Positions 30,466 through 32,000 of a stretch of DNA of 32,000 nucleotides are shown in pieces. Each line of letters starts with the position of its first letter. Position 1 is the first letter of the stretch. The notes beneath the pieces were generated by a model that was given only the letters and a program-made list of their open reading frames with translations, was not told where the DNA came from and ran no database searches. Origin of the DNA: Caedibacter taeniospiralis. Its GTDB lineage: Bacteria; Pseudomonadota; Gammaproteobacteria; Francisellales; Francisellaceae. The position numbers and the translations under genes are program-made. The stretch lies in the NCBI RefSeq assembly GCF_002803295.2, contig NZ_PGGB02000011.1, positions 7,246 through 39,245 on the forward strand. Reading direction: 5' to 3'.

Positions 30466-31131
30466 TTAAGTCACTATATCAAAGATAGTTTGATTATATG
30501 CATCATTCCAAAAATGCCATTCAAGAACCGTACTCTTATAAAATGCATCCAGCATTAAATAACGCACTTCATCTGATGCAGACAGCGCCACTTCGTCAAA
30601 GATACTTATGGCTCTTTCTACACTATCGCTAAACTCTTGACCAGAATATGTCTCTATCCATTTTTTATAAGGATTTTGAGATTCCATATCGGTGTTTTGG
30701 GCAATAGACTGTCCTACGATTTTATAAACCCAGAAACATGGCAAAACGGAGGCTATTGCAATTTCTACGGGTGCCATGCTGCTTACTTGTAAAAGATAGC
30801 TTGTGTAAGAAAGTATTGCTGGCGTTAGTTTTCCTGTTTCTTGCAGATTAAACGTTTGGCGAAAAAAGCTATGCACAACTTCTTGCTCTGCTATTAATGC
30901 TCCATCTGAGAATGATAGAAAATCTTTTACAAATTTAAGGGGCGCTTTTGAGGCAATAACAGCAAGGCTTCTTGCAAAATCTCTTAAATACAGAGTATCC
31001 TGTTCTATATAATAAGCAAATTTTTCTATATTAAGCGATCCATTTGTGAGCTCTTTATTAAAAGGATGCTCCTTTATCGCCTGAATAATAAACCCACATT
31101 TTTCTAATGCTGTTTCTGATAATTTTGTCAT
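30466..31131 (-). CDS. tenA: Aminopyrimidine aminohydrolase / thiaminase II (TenA family)
   Basis: 221 aa; FAYYIEQDTLYLRDFARSLA, YTSYLLQVSSMAPVEIAIASVLPCFWVYKIVG, NPYKKWIETYSGQEF. Confidence 0.93.
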   Translation of the reverse strand: MTKLSETALEKCGFIIQAIKEHPFNKELTNGSLNIEKFAYYIEQDTLYLRDFARSLAVIASKAPLKFVKDFLSFSDGALIAEQEVVHSFFRQTFNLQETGKLTPAILSYTSYLLQVSSMAPVEIAIASVLPCFWVYKIVGQSIAQNTDMESQNPYKKWIETYSGQEFSDSVERAISIFDEVALSASDEVRYLMLDAFYKSTVLEWHFWNDAYNQTIFDIVT

Positions 31132-31154
31132 TTAGTTTAACCTCAAATTGATTG

Positions 31155-31958
31155 CTATAAATATTTCCATAAATAGTGAAAATGATGCACAGGACCACGT
31201 CCTTTTCCTACGCTCTCATCTTTGCTGTGAATCATCGCAGCATGTAAATACAATTTGGCTCTTGTACATGCAGCTAAAGTAGAAAGACCTTGAGCGATGA
31301 AGCTTGCAATAGCAGCGGACAAAGTACACCCTGTTCCATGAGTATTTTGGGAATTGATGCGTGGTGCAGACAGCATTTCTGAAAGTTTATGCGATAAAAA
31401 TAAATCGTCTGAATTGCAAGACTCTTCATGCCCTCCTTTCAAAAGAACAGCCCCACATCCCAAATCGAGTAACTTTTGTGCCAATATCTTTTTATCATAA
31501 TCTCCTGGCACTAATGTCCTGGCTTCCGGTAAATTAGGGGTAATGATGCTTGCAATCGGTATCAACTTTGTTTTTAAAGCCTTGACAGCATCGGCTTGCA
31601 GAAGAGGATCACCGCTTTTAGCTACCATTACTGGGTCTAGAATTATTGGAATGTCTACGGCATTATTCCGCAAGAAGGCAGTCACTAGCTCTATGACATC
31701 AGTAGAAAATAGCATGCCAATTTTAATCGCATCTGGCCTTATATCATCGAATATGGCTTCAAGTTGCTCTTCTACGCATGATAGCGGGATATCGTAGCAT
31801 GATCTTACACCACATGTGTTTTGTACCGGTATAGCTGTCAGGATAGTCATTCCATAAGATCCTGTTGCCGAAAATGTTTTAAGATCAGCCTGGATTCCAG
31901 CACCACCAGAACCATCAAATCCTGCAATTGATAAGCACTTATATTGTCGAGTAGACAT
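31155..31958 (-). CDS. thiD: Hydroxymethylpyrimidine/phosphomethylpyrimidine kinase
   Basis: 267 aa; SIAGFDGSGGAGIQADLKTFSATGSYGMTILTAIPVQNT, DAIKIGMLFS, ILDPVMVAKSGDPLL, NTHGTGCTLSAAIASFIAQG. Confidence 0.96.
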   Translation of the reverse strand: MSTRQYKCLSIAGFDGSGGAGIQADLKTFSATGSYGMTILTAIPVQNTCGVRSCYDIPLSCVEEQLEAIFDDIRPDAIKIGMLFSTDVIELVTAFLRNNAVDIPIILDPVMVAKSGDPLLQADAVKALKTKLIPIASIITPNLPEARTLVPGDYDKKILAQKLLDLGCGAVLLKGGHEESCNSDDLFLSHKLSEMLSAPRINSQNTHGTGCTLSAAIASFIAQGLSTLAACTRAKLYLHAAMIHSKDESVGKGRGPVHHFHYLWKYL

Positions 31959-32000
31959 TTCTGTTTCTCCTATTTATATTTGTTTATATTCAATACAATA

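Noticed and set aside
1-32000. CRISPR arrays, tRNA/rRNA genes, complete IS elements, phage or defence islands
   Set aside because: No regularly spaced repeats, cloverleaf-like segments, transposase ORFs or clustered defence genes were seen by eye; tRNAscan-SE, CRISPRCasFinder and ISfinder would be needed to confirm.

Overview
This window is mostly conserved gammaproteobacterial chromosome. The overall gene content (erpA, gacA-uvrC, bamC-purC, GshB, NhaA, MFS types) makes a Legionellales/Coxiella-like lineage plausible, but that placement is inference. Gene order: gshB(partial)-erpA-pnp-rpsO-pyrE-uvrC-gacA/uvrY-type regulator (all -), rnd (+), purC-bamC (-), MFS remnant (+), MFS transporter (-), recX-recA (-), smpB-ttcA-ylqF/rbgA-AAA/DUF4143 ATPase (+), oppF-oppD-oppC-oppB(frameshifted)-oppA (-), MFS transporter (-), trmB-nhaA (+), holB-sohB-sspA (-), tenA-thiD (-). 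I saw no CRISPR array, tRNA/rRNA, complete IS or phage module, and no convincing new multi-gene system. The signals worth a second look are mainly non-coding or decay-related: a 44-bp perfect palindrome flanked by GGGGT direct repeats (23742-23795); a shorter palindrome with the same core next to recA; a ~186-bp MITE-like unit with 26-bp imperfect terminal inverted repeats (25154-25339); a ~38-bp dispersed intergenic repeat (14115-14151 and 17895-17932, inverted); a frameshift splitting oppB; and an inverted MFS remnant that appears to have supplied the 3' end of the neighbouring intact MFS gene.
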